Origin: Thermoproteota archaeon
GTDB lineage: Archaea > Korarchaeota > Korarchaeia > Korarchaeales > Korarchaeaceae
Assembly: GCA_027492205.1 (NCBI GenBank)
Contig: JAOZFN010000011.1
Span: 32,001-96,000 of the forward strand
Direction of reading: 5' to 3'
Length of the DNA: 64,000 bases
Both the position numbers and the translations under genes were made by a program. How positions within the stretch are numbered: position 1 is the stretch's first letter; each line of letters starts with the position of its first letter. Of the stretch, positions 19,788 to 28,574 are shown in pieces. The notes under the pieces are model-generated. The model saw only the letters and a program-made list of their open reading frames with translations, did no database searches and was not told the DNA's origin.

Positions 19788-20215
19788 GTCCGGGGGACCT
19801 CCTCGACCCGAGGGAGGGAGTCAGGAGAGCGCTCTCCTCCGCAGCCTTCTGGCTCCTGCTAAGCTTCCTGGCCGCCGTGCTGCCGGCCCCCGGCGAGGAA
19901 CTCGGGCTTCACCCTCCCTCGCCCGCCGACCTGCTCACTCTGGACCTAGTGATCTACGCGTCCATATCCTTTCTCTCCGGCGTCCTTCGACGAACGCCCC
20001 TGGCCCCGGTCCTCTCCGTGTCGGCCGGCGCCTACTTTGCAGCGACGATAATCGGAATGCCCGGGACCCTCACCACGACCTTTCCGGGGGGAGTAGTCGA
20101 GGTCGACCTGACTCCGCTCAGGGACATTCTAGCGACTTGGGCGCTCCTTGACTCTGCCCTGTGGGCTCTCAGTCCCCCAGAGAGGAGCCCCCTGAGGCTG
20201 GGTGAAGGGGAGTAG
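19784..20215 (+). CDS. Small multi-TM membrane protein
   Basis: Hydrophobic 3' part of ORF 19499..20215; start uncertain (CTG in a CTGA overlap). Confidence 0.5.
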   Translation: MSPGDLLDPREGVRRALSSAAFWLLLSFLAAVLPAPGEELGLHPPSPADLLTLDLVIYASISFLSGVLRRTPLAPVLSVSAGAYFAATIIGMPGTLTTTFPGGVVEVDLTPLRDILATWALLDSALWALSPPERSPLRLGEGE

Positions 20216-20249
20216 ACATCGGAACGGCGGGTTGCCTGTGGCTCGGGGC

Positions 20250-22721
20250 TCAGGGGACTATCCTGTACTCCACCCTCAGCACGACGTCCACCCCGAGGGC
20301 ATCGGAGAGCGCATCCTGAGCCGCGGCGACCACCTTGGGCGTCATCACCGTCCCCGCCCTCAGCCTGGACTCGCTCACGGTCACCACGGCCCTGACGACC
20401 CACCTCCCCAGCTCGACCCCCACGCTGACGTCAACGTCCGAGGGGTTCACTCCGGCGTATGAGGCGACGACGCTCCGCACCAGCTGACCCACGGTCTCCG
20501 ATCCCATCGCCTCCGCCGCCCTCGCCCTCTCGAACGCGGCGGCGCTGTGAACCATCAACGTGAACAGGGTGAAGACCACGAACCCGTATAGGGCGACGCG
20601 CCTCCTCCTCCGCCATAGCCTCTTGAGGGAGGCCACCCCCATGCCGGCCGCCAGCGCGATCGTGTACGCCGCGGCCACGTGGGAGAACTTGTGCAGCCCA
20701 AGCAGGTAGCCGGTGGTTGCCCAGAACGTGAATCCGGCCCCGAACGCTCGGGCGTAGTCCCCGAGCCCGCTGGACTCCCTGGCCCTCGCCACCTCGGCCA
20801 AGAGCGTCCTGCCCGACGCCGCCGAGGCGACCGCCACCCCCAGGATCTGGATGTCGCCGCCTGGGGAGGGAACCGGCAGTCTCGCCAGCAGGCCCTCCCA
20901 CAGCCCCTCCACAGCCTCGAAGAGGGCTGAGTAGTCGACCGAGAAGGCGTGGGACAGGTCAGTTGATATGGCGGCGCCGAGGGCCCAGGCGACGAGGATG
21001 GGGCCGACGAGCACGACCGCCCTGCGGGCCACCCTCGAGGCCACGTCGGAGATCGAGCGCGGCTCTCCGAGTATTCCGATGGTGACCCTGAGCCACGTGG
21101 AGAAGATTATGAGGACGAACCTCAGCGTCTCGCCCGTGGCCCTGGCCACCCTAGCGGCCGGAGAGCCCTCGCCCCATGCCTCCGAGATCGAGTCGACGGC
21201 CTCCCGGTAGAGGCCCCTGATGAGTGGGTAGATGGCGTAGATCTTCGCCGACAGGTATCCGGCGGAGACTATGGCCACCACGTTGACCGTCGTGAGCGTC
21301 AGGGCCCCGACGGCGAGGGACGGGTTCCCCATCGCCAACCCCACGCCCACGGCCGCTGCCGGGGGGACCAGCGCGATGGCGACCGCGGACCCCACCAGGG
21401 AGCTGGCGTCGCTCAGCTGCATCGAAGCCACCGCCCCGGCGAAACCCGCCGCGAGGGCTATGGCCAGGTCCGCCAGGTTCGGGCTCCCCCTGAGGGCCAG
21501 CTGCTCGGTCATCCTCACGGGGACGAAGGCCCTCGTGAAGAACGTGGTCAGGGCCGAGAGGGCCACGATGAGGGCAACCCCCTTGATCCCCGCCCTGAAG
21601 CCCCGGTAGAACAGGTCCAGGCCCAGCGGCCTGCCCTCGCTCCAGACGTCGTAGAGGGCTAGGCCCACCGCCCCCGCCACGAACGTGCTCATGAGGGGGG
21701 CCAGGAGCATGGAGCCTATCACCGCCGTGACGTTGTTCGCCATCATGCCCACGCTGGCCAGCGCGCCCGCCAGCGCCGCCATGACCATGCCGCGCATCGA
21801 GCTCGCCACCCTGAGCTCTCCCTGGACGCTCTTCAGCATCTCGACGGCCCTGTCGTTCACGGACTCCAGCGCCTCCTCGCCCAGGCCGAGTTCCCTCACC
21901 AAGAGCGTTGCGAGGGTGCCGTAGCCCGTGGAGTAGAAGGGGAACAGGGCGAGCGCGACCAGGAGGACCCACATCGAGGCGGTGGCCACCTTGGCCCAGA
22001 ACTCGAGGGAGAGTTGGGGGCTGAAGCTCAGAGATAGATCCATCTCCCGGGAGAGGGACCAGAAGAAGACTCGAAGGTCGCTCACCTCGTTGATCTCCTC
22101 CTCCATGCCGTCCAGCGAGGATGAGATCTCTTCGTACAGATCGGCGGCCTTCTCTGCATCTCCCCCCTCCACCGCGAGCTTCGCCAACTCTCCAAACTTG
22201 ATCGAGAGCGACTCTCGCATGGCGGAGAGCGCCTGAACCCTCGGGTCGTCCCCCCTCACCTGGGTGAGGCGGTCCAGCCTCTCATCGACCGCCGTGAGCC
22301 TCATGGCGAGCTCCGCTATCTGGGCGAGGGTAGGGGTAACGTAGAAGGTCAGCTCCTCAGACGGGGATGCGCCGCCCACCGAGAGCGTGACCCTGAGGGT
22401 GTAGACTCCCGGGGCGGCGTCCTCAGGCACCCTCAGGGAGACCGTCATCGATGCGGTCTCTCCAGGGGGAATCTGGAGGAGGCGGGGAGATGCCGACGAG
22501 ACCACCTCCCCCGCGCGGACCAGGGAGACGTGGAGTATGCCCTCCCCCCGACCTCCACATGGACCGACCAGGCTGACTCGAACCTCGACCTCCCCGCCGG
22601 GGGGAGCCGCCCGAGTGCTGGCGGAGACGCTCAGCCTTACGTCTGGTTGGGCCAGACCGTGAGCCGCGCTTGCCAGCAGTGCCAAGAGAGCCAGCGTCCC
22701 CAGGGCCCCACGGAGATTCAC
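20250..22721 (-). CDS. DUF389 (TIGR00341-like) membrane protein fused to N-terminal Ig-like and coiled-coil domains
   Basis: AVIGSMLLAPLM, P...DL.IALAAG.AGA, LVGSAVAIALVPP motifs of DUF389; signal peptide and V.L.VPEDAAPG.Y Ig-like motif. Confidence 0.85.
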   Translation of the reverse strand: MNLRGALGTLALLALLASAAHGLAQPDVRLSVSASTRAAPPGGEVEVRVSLVGPCGGRGEGILHVSLVRAGEVVSSASPRLLQIPPGETASMTVSLRVPEDAAPGVYTLRVTLSVGGASPSEELTFYVTPTLAQIAELAMRLTAVDERLDRLTQVRGDDPRVQALSAMRESLSIKFGELAKLAVEGGDAEKAADLYEEISSSLDGMEEEINEVSDLRVFFWSLSREMDLSLSFSPQLSLEFWAKVATASMWVLLVALALFPFYSTGYGTLATLLVRELGLGEEALESVNDRAVEMLKSVQGELRVASSMRGMVMAALAGALASVGMMANNVTAVIGSMLLAPLMSTFVAGAVGLALYDVWSEGRPLGLDLFYRGFRAGIKGVALIVALSALTTFFTRAFVPVRMTEQLALRGSPNLADLAIALAAGFAGAVASMQLSDASSLVGSAVAIALVPPAAAVGVGLAMGNPSLAVGALTLTTVNVVAIVSAGYLSAKIYAIYPLIRGLYREAVDSISEAWGEGSPAARVARATGETLRFVLIIFSTWLRVTIGILGEPRSISDVASRVARRAVVLVGPILVAWALGAAISTDLSHAFSVDYSALFEAVEGLWEGLLARLPVPSPGGDIQILGVAVASAASGRTLLAEVARARESSGLGDYARAFGAGFTFWATTGYLLGLHKFSHVAAAYTIALAAGMGVASLKRLWRRRRRVALYGFVVFTLFTLMVHSAAAFERARAAEAMGSETVGQLVRSVVASYAGVNPSDVDVSVGVELGRWVVRAVVTVSESRLRAGTVMTPKVVAAAQDALSDALGVDVVLRVEYRIVP

Positions 22722-22791
22722 CGCGCACCCTCCCAGGCTGTCAGCACTCCTCTCAGTGGGTAGGGCCCGGCAGCTGCCGCCCTACCGATAT

Positions 22792-23985
22792 TTAATCGGG
22801 ACTGGCACGATCGCGGCCTCTCTTCCTGAGGAGGAGCAGGAGCGGGACCGCCGAGGCATTGTACAGGGAGGCGACGAGGAACGGCGACTTGGGGCCAAAC
22901 CTGTCCCAAATCAGTCCGCCCAGGAGGTAACCCACCGCTGAGGCCACGCCGGTCACTGCGTCCACTAGGCCCATCGACCGAGCCCGCTCCTCGCCCGGGG
23001 TGCTGAGTTCGGAGATGAGGGTCCTCCTGGCCGGCATGTCCAGGGCGCCCACCACGCCGCCGAACAGCAGGATGGCCGCCGCCGACCAGAACCCGCTCGC
23101 GAGCGTGAAGGCGGACCAGGACACGGAGGACAGCAGGACGTGGGCGGCGAGCACCTCCGCCGACCCCACTGCCGCGGTCAGGTAGCCGGCCGCGATCTCG
23201 CTCACCATGACGCCCGCGCTCCTGATGGACATCAGCGTGCCGATGAGTCCCTCGCTCAGCCTCAGCTCCTCCAGCGCGTAGAGCGAGAAGAAGGGGCTCA
23301 CGGACATGAACCCCATGGTGTGCAGGAAGAGCGCGACCAGGAGGACGGTCATCGGTCTAGAGATCCCCCCGCGCGACCTGAGACCGTCACCCCTCCCCTC
23401 CACCCTGCTGGCACCGCGGGCTCCGACCTTACCCCTGAGCAGGATGGCGGAGGGGGCCGCCGCTGCCATGAGCAGGCCTCCGGCCAGGAGGAGGTACTCG
23501 TACCCCATTCCCTCGATTATGGCCCCGGCGAGGGCGCCCGACACGGTTCTGCCGAGGACCACCGCCGTGTAGAAGGCCCCAAAGGATACTGCGGCTCCCC
23601 ACCTTCCCGGGATCTCCGACAGGAGGCCCACGGCCGCCGTGCCAAAGGCGCCGTTGGAGAGCCCGTAGACCAAGACGGCCGTGATCGTGACGAGCGGAGT
23701 CATGGCCAGGGGGAAGAGGGGGGCGAGGGCGGCCGGCGGAGCCAGCGACAGGAGGAGGGCGGTGACGTATCCCCTGGAGGCCGACATCCTCCCGGCCGCC
23801 CAGGACGCGAGCGCCGAGGCGACGGTGAAGCCGGCGTTGAAGAGCCCAATCTGAGCCCCGCCGTAGCCCATGGCGTTCAGGTAGAGGGAGAGGAGGGTGG
23901 TCACTATCCCGTGGGCCAGCGTGACGCTGAACGCGAGGTAGTAGAGGGTGAAGCGAGCCGATCCGTGGTCCTCAGGACCGCCCAT
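22792..23985 (-). CDS. MFS transporter
   Basis: About 12 TM helices in two repeats; GGLIWDRFGPKSPF; ERARSMG. Confidence 0.88.
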   Translation of the reverse strand: MGGPEDHGSARFTLYYLAFSVTLAHGIVTTLLSLYLNAMGYGGAQIGLFNAGFTVASALASWAAGRMSASRGYVTALLLSLAPPAALAPLFPLAMTPLVTITAVLVYGLSNGAFGTAAVGLLSEIPGRWGAAVSFGAFYTAVVLGRTVSGALAGAIIEGMGYEYLLLAGGLLMAAAAPSAILLRGKVGARGASRVEGRGDGLRSRGGISRPMTVLLVALFLHTMGFMSVSPFFSLYALEELRLSEGLIGTLMSIRSAGVMVSEIAAGYLTAAVGSAEVLAAHVLLSSVSWSAFTLASGFWSAAAILLFGGVVGALDMPARRTLISELSTPGEERARSMGLVDAVTGVASAVGYLLGGLIWDRFGPKSPFLVASLYNASAVPLLLLLRKRGRDRASPD

Positions 23986-24105
23986 CGCCGCGGCGCCGGG
24001 CGCAAGTCGTCAAAAATCTGCACGCAACGTCGCCTCGGCCGCCGGGTTCCGCGCGCCGCCGCGGAACGTTTATCCCATGTCGAGGCCGGCGACACCGGAT
24101 CTCTG

Positions 24106-24531
24106 ATGAACCCGGGCGATGATACCGTTGACAGGCTGGCTGAGATTGTTCGGGACAGCCTTGACGATCCTTCCAGGGTGTTCAGCCTAATAAAGAGGAT
24201 GGAGAGGGACCAGACCCTCTCAAAGCTCGTCTTCGCCATCAGGCACCCCCTCCTCTACGGGAGCAAGTTCCTGGGCCTCCTGTACGTCCTCATGCAGTTC
24301 CTGCTCTCGGCCCTGTTCCTGGTCGTCGGCCTCCTGCTGGTGGTTCCATCGAGTGAGGAGGAGTTTCAGACGGTGACTTACCAGTTCCTGGACCTGCTGA
24401 CCCAGGCCAACGTCTCGGGACTCAGGTTTCTCGCCTTCCTGGTCGGACTGGCCCTGCTCGTGATGTGCGTCAACAGCCTGGCCAACGCCGGCGAGGTCAT
24501 GCAGGGCCTCGGGGTCACGGAGGAGGGATGA
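24106..24531 (+). CDS. Small membrane protein
   Basis: 3' part of ORF 23140..24531 starting MNPGDD; 2-3 TM helices; co-oriented with the permease. Confidence 0.6.
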   Translation: MNPGDDTVDRLAEIVRDSLDDPSRVFSLIKRMERDQTLSKLVFAIRHPLLYGSKFLGLLYVLMQFLLSALFLVVGLLLVVPSSEEEFQTVTYQFLDLLTQANVSGLRFLAFLVGLALLVMCVNSLANAGEVMQGLGVTEEG

Positions 24532-24537
24532 TCGCCG

Positions 24538-26505
24538 GTGGTCGTCGTCGAGCAGCTCAGGAAGGCGCTGATCGTCGTCAGGCTGTTCGCGGGCGCGCTC
24601 AGCCTGATCTTGGCGGCCGCCCTCCTGGCGGGTCTCGCCCTGTTTCAGGACAGGAACCCCGCCTCCCTCATCCTGGGCTCCGCGCTGGCCATGGTCTACG
24701 GCATAGGGGGTCTGATCTTCTTGGGGGGCATGTTCGGTAGGCTGGCCAGGAGGTTCGAGATGAGAGGCGAGGCGGCGACGCCCGAGCCCATCTACGGCTT
24801 CTTGTCCCTGCTCGTCGCCGGCATCGGGTCGACGATGGGCATCTCCATGCTGACGGTCCTCCCCTACGCAATAAGGTCCTCCTCGCTGGCCTCCACCCTG
24901 GCCGCCATAGCCCTGTCCGGGGGCATCTCCCTCCTGCTGGCGCAGGCCTACGGCACCATGGGGAGGCTCCTCTCCGGCCGTGGGGAGAGGTCGGTCGGCG
25001 GCCCGGCCTTCGTCAAGTCGGCCTACGGACCCGGGGCGTCGTACTTCCTCAGCAGGCTCAGCATGTGGGTGGGCACCACGGCACTCACGGCCTTCAACCT
25101 GGTGATGTCGATCAAGTTCCTGGCGTCCTACCTCCCGGACGTCCTGCTCGCGTTCCGGATCTCGGGATTCGCGTCGTACGTCACGATCGCCGTCGTGGGC
25201 CTTGCTGTCCTCCTATGGGCCGCCATCCTGTTCAAGTACGAGGGCACCCACAGGCGGGAGGTCGCGCTGGTCCAGGCGGGCCTGATAGCCGCCTTCCTGA
25301 CCCTCCTGACCCTCAGCCTGTCCAGCTTCCTGGGGTCGGCTCCATCGCCCCCCCTCCGCGTCCTCGCGGAGAGCCACCTGACCCTCAGAGACGTGATATT
25401 CAACGCCGGCTACATCTACCTGGTCCTCTTCGGCTTCCAAGAGGTCCAGGCCCTCTTCGAGGAGAGCAAGCCCGAGGTGAGGATTCCGCTCCTGGGAGCA
25501 GTGCCAAGGGAGAGGTACGTCGGCTGGGCGATGATGCTCACCGTCGCCGCGTCGACGGCGATCTTCGCGGTCTACTCGATAGTCATCTCCCCCTTCGACC
25601 TCTCTGGCGACATCCCTCCCCTGGAGATCTCCTTCGGGATCGGGGAGATGGCCATCCTCGTGAACGCCTCCCTGGTCCTGCTGGCCGCGATAACGACCCT
25701 CACTCCCTCCTACATGGCCGCCAAGAGGCACCTGGAGGAGCTCGGGAGGGACGGCCTCATACCCGCCTCCATCACGAGGCACTCCTGGATGTTCACCCTG
25801 GCCATGGCGCTCATCATGGGCCTCCTGGAGACCAACACCCTCGTGGGGATAGCGGACGTGGGCATACTCCTCTCCCTCGCCCTCATCTCCCTGGCGGACT
25901 TCCAGCTCAGGAGGGGGAGCATAGGGCCGCTGGCGACCGCCAGGGACCTGGCCGTGTCTGCGGCCTGCCTGGTCGTGCTCGCCGCGTACTACCTCATCGA
26001 GCCCCAGACGTTCATCCTCGGCATCATGTTCCTCGTCCTGAACTGGTTCATCTTCTCGGTGTTCAGGCTGGGGGCCGGAATGAACCTCTTCATGGCCACC
26101 CTGACCCTCACGACCTACGTGGTCATCGAGCGGGTTCAGCTCGCGCAGGCCTTCTTGGGCGTCTGGGTGACCAAGAGGGTGGGGACCGTCCTCCTACTGC
26201 TGGCCGCGGCCTACTTAGTTCAGGCCGTGCTCCAGCTCAGGCTCAGGGAGGTGTGGTACGACCTCCTGAGACTGGTCGGGTCCGGACTCAGGTCACTCAA
26301 GGTGGCCTTCTCCCCAGTGATCTCGGACGTGAGGGACGAACTCGAGAAGACCTCGCTCATGAGGAAGAGGTACGAGATCATCGACGCGGCCATAAGGCTC
26401 GAGCACCTCAGGGAAGAGAGCCCAGAACTCTACAACAAGCTTCAGCCGCTGGTGAGGAGGGATCTCGAGAGGCTGCTGAGGTACGTGAGGCAGGAGGGCG
26501 GCTGA
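24538..26505 (+). CDS. APC-superfamily amino acid permease-like transporter
   Basis: More than 14 TM helices; G.TMG.S, GG...FVK.AYG, LFGFQE, L.RDGLIP motifs. Confidence 0.75.
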   Translation: MVVVEQLRKALIVVRLFAGALSLILAAALLAGLALFQDRNPASLILGSALAMVYGIGGLIFLGGMFGRLARRFEMRGEAATPEPIYGFLSLLVAGIGSTMGISMLTVLPYAIRSSSLASTLAAIALSGGISLLLAQAYGTMGRLLSGRGERSVGGPAFVKSAYGPGASYFLSRLSMWVGTTALTAFNLVMSIKFLASYLPDVLLAFRISGFASYVTIAVVGLAVLLWAAILFKYEGTHRREVALVQAGLIAAFLTLLTLSLSSFLGSAPSPPLRVLAESHLTLRDVIFNAGYIYLVLFGFQEVQALFEESKPEVRIPLLGAVPRERYVGWAMMLTVAASTAIFAVYSIVISPFDLSGDIPPLEISFGIGEMAILVNASLVLLAAITTLTPSYMAAKRHLEELGRDGLIPASITRHSWMFTLAMALIMGLLETNTLVGIADVGILLSLALISLADFQLRRGSIGPLATARDLAVSAACLVVLAAYYLIEPQTFILGIMFLVLNWFIFSVFRLGAGMNLFMATLTLTTYVVIERVQLAQAFLGVWVTKRVGTVLLLLAAAYLVQAVLQLRLREVWYDLLRLVGSGLRSLKVAFSPVISDVRDELEKTSLMRKRYEIIDAAIRLEHLREESPELYNKLQPLVRRDLERLLRYVRQEGG

Positions 26506-26513
26506 GCCCAGCC

Positions 26514-27272
26514 TCAGCCGCTGACCTTCACCAGCTCGGGCCCCTCGGCCCTCTTCCTGCCCTCCATTCGTGAGGCGGCGACTCGAAAGTACCCCACCCT
26601 CCTCGCCACGACGAGTCCACGCTCGGTCAGCCTTATCCTGAATCCCCTCCCCTCCCCCTGGGCGGGGGTCACCTCGACGAGGCCGTGGGGCTTCAGGTAG
26701 CGGTTGATGTAGTAGTCGATGGTCGCCACCCTCCTCCTGAGTTCGTCGGTCTTCCCCCTCCTCTTCCCCCTCCCCCTGTGCTCCACGCTGGTTGCCAGCT
26801 CGCTGAGCTTCACCCCCCCTGGGTTCTTCGCGAGCGCGTCTATAATGTCGAGGACCCTCTCGGGCATCGCCAGCACGCTAGCCGGAGGGACCGGGATCTC
26901 GTCGACCGAGTCCCCGTAGGCGACCACCACCCTGAGGCCGAAGAAGGAGGCGGCCAGCTGGAAGGCGGCCGGGACCACCGGGGAAACGGAGTTGAGAAGG
27001 AGGTAGACCTCGGCCCCGGCCCTCTGGGCGTCGTGGGCCACGTGCTCGACGACGTCGAGCACCTCGTCAATGTTGTACAGGTTGACCTCCTCTACGACTA
27101 CCCTCTCAACAAAGGGGCCGACCCGCTCGCAGTACTCCTTTACGGCCGACTCTCCCCTCGAACCCCTCTGAACAAGTCCATAGACCACCTTGGGGGGCAG
27201 CTTCCTGTGTACGGCCGTTAGCTCCTCTATCGAGCCGTTCTCGGCAAGCACCAGGTAGATGCCCCCGGCCAA
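26514..27272 (-). CDS. CARF-like Rossmann + winged-HTH regulator (Csa3/DUF6293-like)
   Basis: Alpha/beta N-domain (IYLVL...KVVYGL...VN.YNIDEV...VYLLLNS...AASFF...VAY) then IPVPP linker and wHTH (KLSELA...YINRYLKPHGLVEV...IRLTERG); TTG start at 27272 inferred. Confidence 0.7.
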   Translation of the reverse strand: MAGGIYLVLAENGSIEELTAVHRKLPPKVVYGLVQRGSRGESAVKEYCERVGPFVERVVVEEVNLYNIDEVLDVVEHVAHDAQRAGAEVYLLLNSVSPVVPAAFQLAASFFGLRVVVAYGDSVDEIPVPPASVLAMPERVLDIIDALAKNPGGVKLSELATSVEHRGRGKRRGKTDELRRRVATIDYYINRYLKPHGLVEVTPAQGEGRGFRIRLTERGLVVARRVGYFRVAASRMEGRKRAEGPELVKVSG

Positions 27273-27461
27273 GGCGGTCGCCTTCCGCTGCAAAATACAT
27301 TTTGACAACTAAAAAAGGCTTCTAACATCAAAGCAACTTCCACGTTGTATGCTGGGCATTTGAAGTTAAGTTTTGAATTTACACAGGAACTTTAAGTACC
27401 ACAATTTATCTATATGATCGGTGAAAGTTATGTCAAACTTACGCGAAAGTGGGGGTGCGCA
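27273..27461. promoter_or_regulatory. AT-rich divergent promoter region between the CARF-like regulator and nurA-herA
   Basis: Strongly AT-rich; TTTAAG and TTTATCTATA boxes; inverted repeats CAAAAT-AC-ATTTTG (27291-27304) and AAGTT-N6-AACTT (27425-27440). Confidence 0.6.
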
Positions 27462-28574
27462 TTGGTCAAGGCCGTCAGGCGCCGCGCCGACCAGCTTGGC
27501 CCGCTGGAGCCCTACCTGGGGGAGGCTCCCCTAGAGTACAAGCTGGTACCGTACGAGAGCCTGAGGACTGAACTCGCCACCCAGGCTGTTGAGTACGCCG
27601 CCGAAACCGCGAAGCTCGCCTTAAAGGTTCGGAGGCTCAGGGCCGCCCTGGAGTCCGCCGTCGGGATCCTCCGGGTTGACCCGGTCGACCCCTCTTCCTC
27701 CCTCTTCGGTGCCGCGGACGCCGGCGCCAACGGCCGAGATCTGCTGGTTGGAGTCTACCCCGTGATCACGGCCGTGGGGGCGACCTTCAGAGGCGCCTCC
27801 ATGCTCTTCGGCCCCAAGTCCGCGACGACCAAACTCCCAAGGCTCTACGGGGATGAGGAGGAGGCGAGAAAGCTCTCCACCCTCGTGGGGTACTATCTCC
27901 AGTTCGAGCTGGCCAGGCACATGCTCGAGGAGGCCAGGGACGGGGTCCTGCTCGACGGCCCGTTGATCCTCAGGAGGAGCGTCTACAGTCCGAGGGGTAG
28001 GCACTACGGGGAAACCTACGTCCGGGCCTACTGGTCGGCGTGGAGGTCGCTCGCGCTCCTGCTCGAGGAGGCCAGGGACAGGGGGGTCCCGGTCGTCGGC
28101 GTCGTGAAGCGGGTCCGGTCGACGCAGGTTGCCAGGAGGGTGGGGCTGGACTCGACTGGCGACTCTGCCCTGGCGGCCCTCTGCCTGTCTCCGGGGGAGT
28201 ACACCTCCCCCACGCCGATGGAGTCCGCCTGGGTCGACCTGGTCGGACACCTCAGGGAGGCGGACGTGAGCCCCCGCGGCCTGAGGCCCCACTCCCTGAT
28301 CGTTAGAGCGGGGCAGGGCGGGCAGTCCTACAGGGTGGATGTGCCGGAGTTCGCCCTCGACAGGGTACACGAGATCGTCAGCAGGCTCTACTCACTCCGG
28401 GTCCCGCCCTCAGGTCTACCCGTGCCGATAGTGGCGGTGGACCGCCTTACCCGGGTGACGAACCGCGAGGCCGCCCTGCTCCACCGCCGGATGTTCTCGA
28501 CCCTGGCCTCCAAGCTGGGGGCCGACAGGGTCGACATACTCACCCTGCTGACCCTGCAGCACGGTGAGTCGTGA
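27462..28574 (+). CDS. nurA: NurA-family nuclease
   Basis: AADAG, LLDGPL, VVGVVKR, YRVD, GLP.P...VD motifs; TTG start after GGGGGTG; GTGA overlap with herA. Confidence 0.85.
   Translation: MVKAVRRRADQLGPLEPYLGEAPLEYKLVPYESLRTELATQAVEYAAETAKLALKVRRLRAALESAVGILRVDPVDPSSSLFGAADAGANGRDLLVGVYPVITAVGATFRGASMLFGPKSATTKLPRLYGDEEEARKLSTLVGYYLQFELARHMLEEARDGVLLDGPLILRRSVYSPRGRHYGETYVRAYWSAWRSLALLLEEARDRGVPVVGVVKRVRSTQVARRVGLDSTGDSALAALCLSPGEYTSPTPMESAWVDLVGHLREADVSPRGLRPHSLIVRAGQGGQSYRVDVPEFALDRVHEIVSRLYSLRVPPSGLPVPIVAVDRLTRVTNREAALLHRRMFSTLASKLGADRVDILTLLTLQHGES

Noticed and set aside
23140-24105. 5' part of the 463-aa ORF 23140..24531
   Set aside because: Antisense shadow of the MFS gene; only the part from 24106 looks coding.
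25065-26573. Long alternative-frame and antisense ORFs (e.g. 25065..26573, 53353..54813, 16654..17955, 61040..62248)
   Set aside because: Expected shadow ORFs in high-GC DNA overlapping well-supported genes; Arg/Gly/Pro-rich, no motifs.
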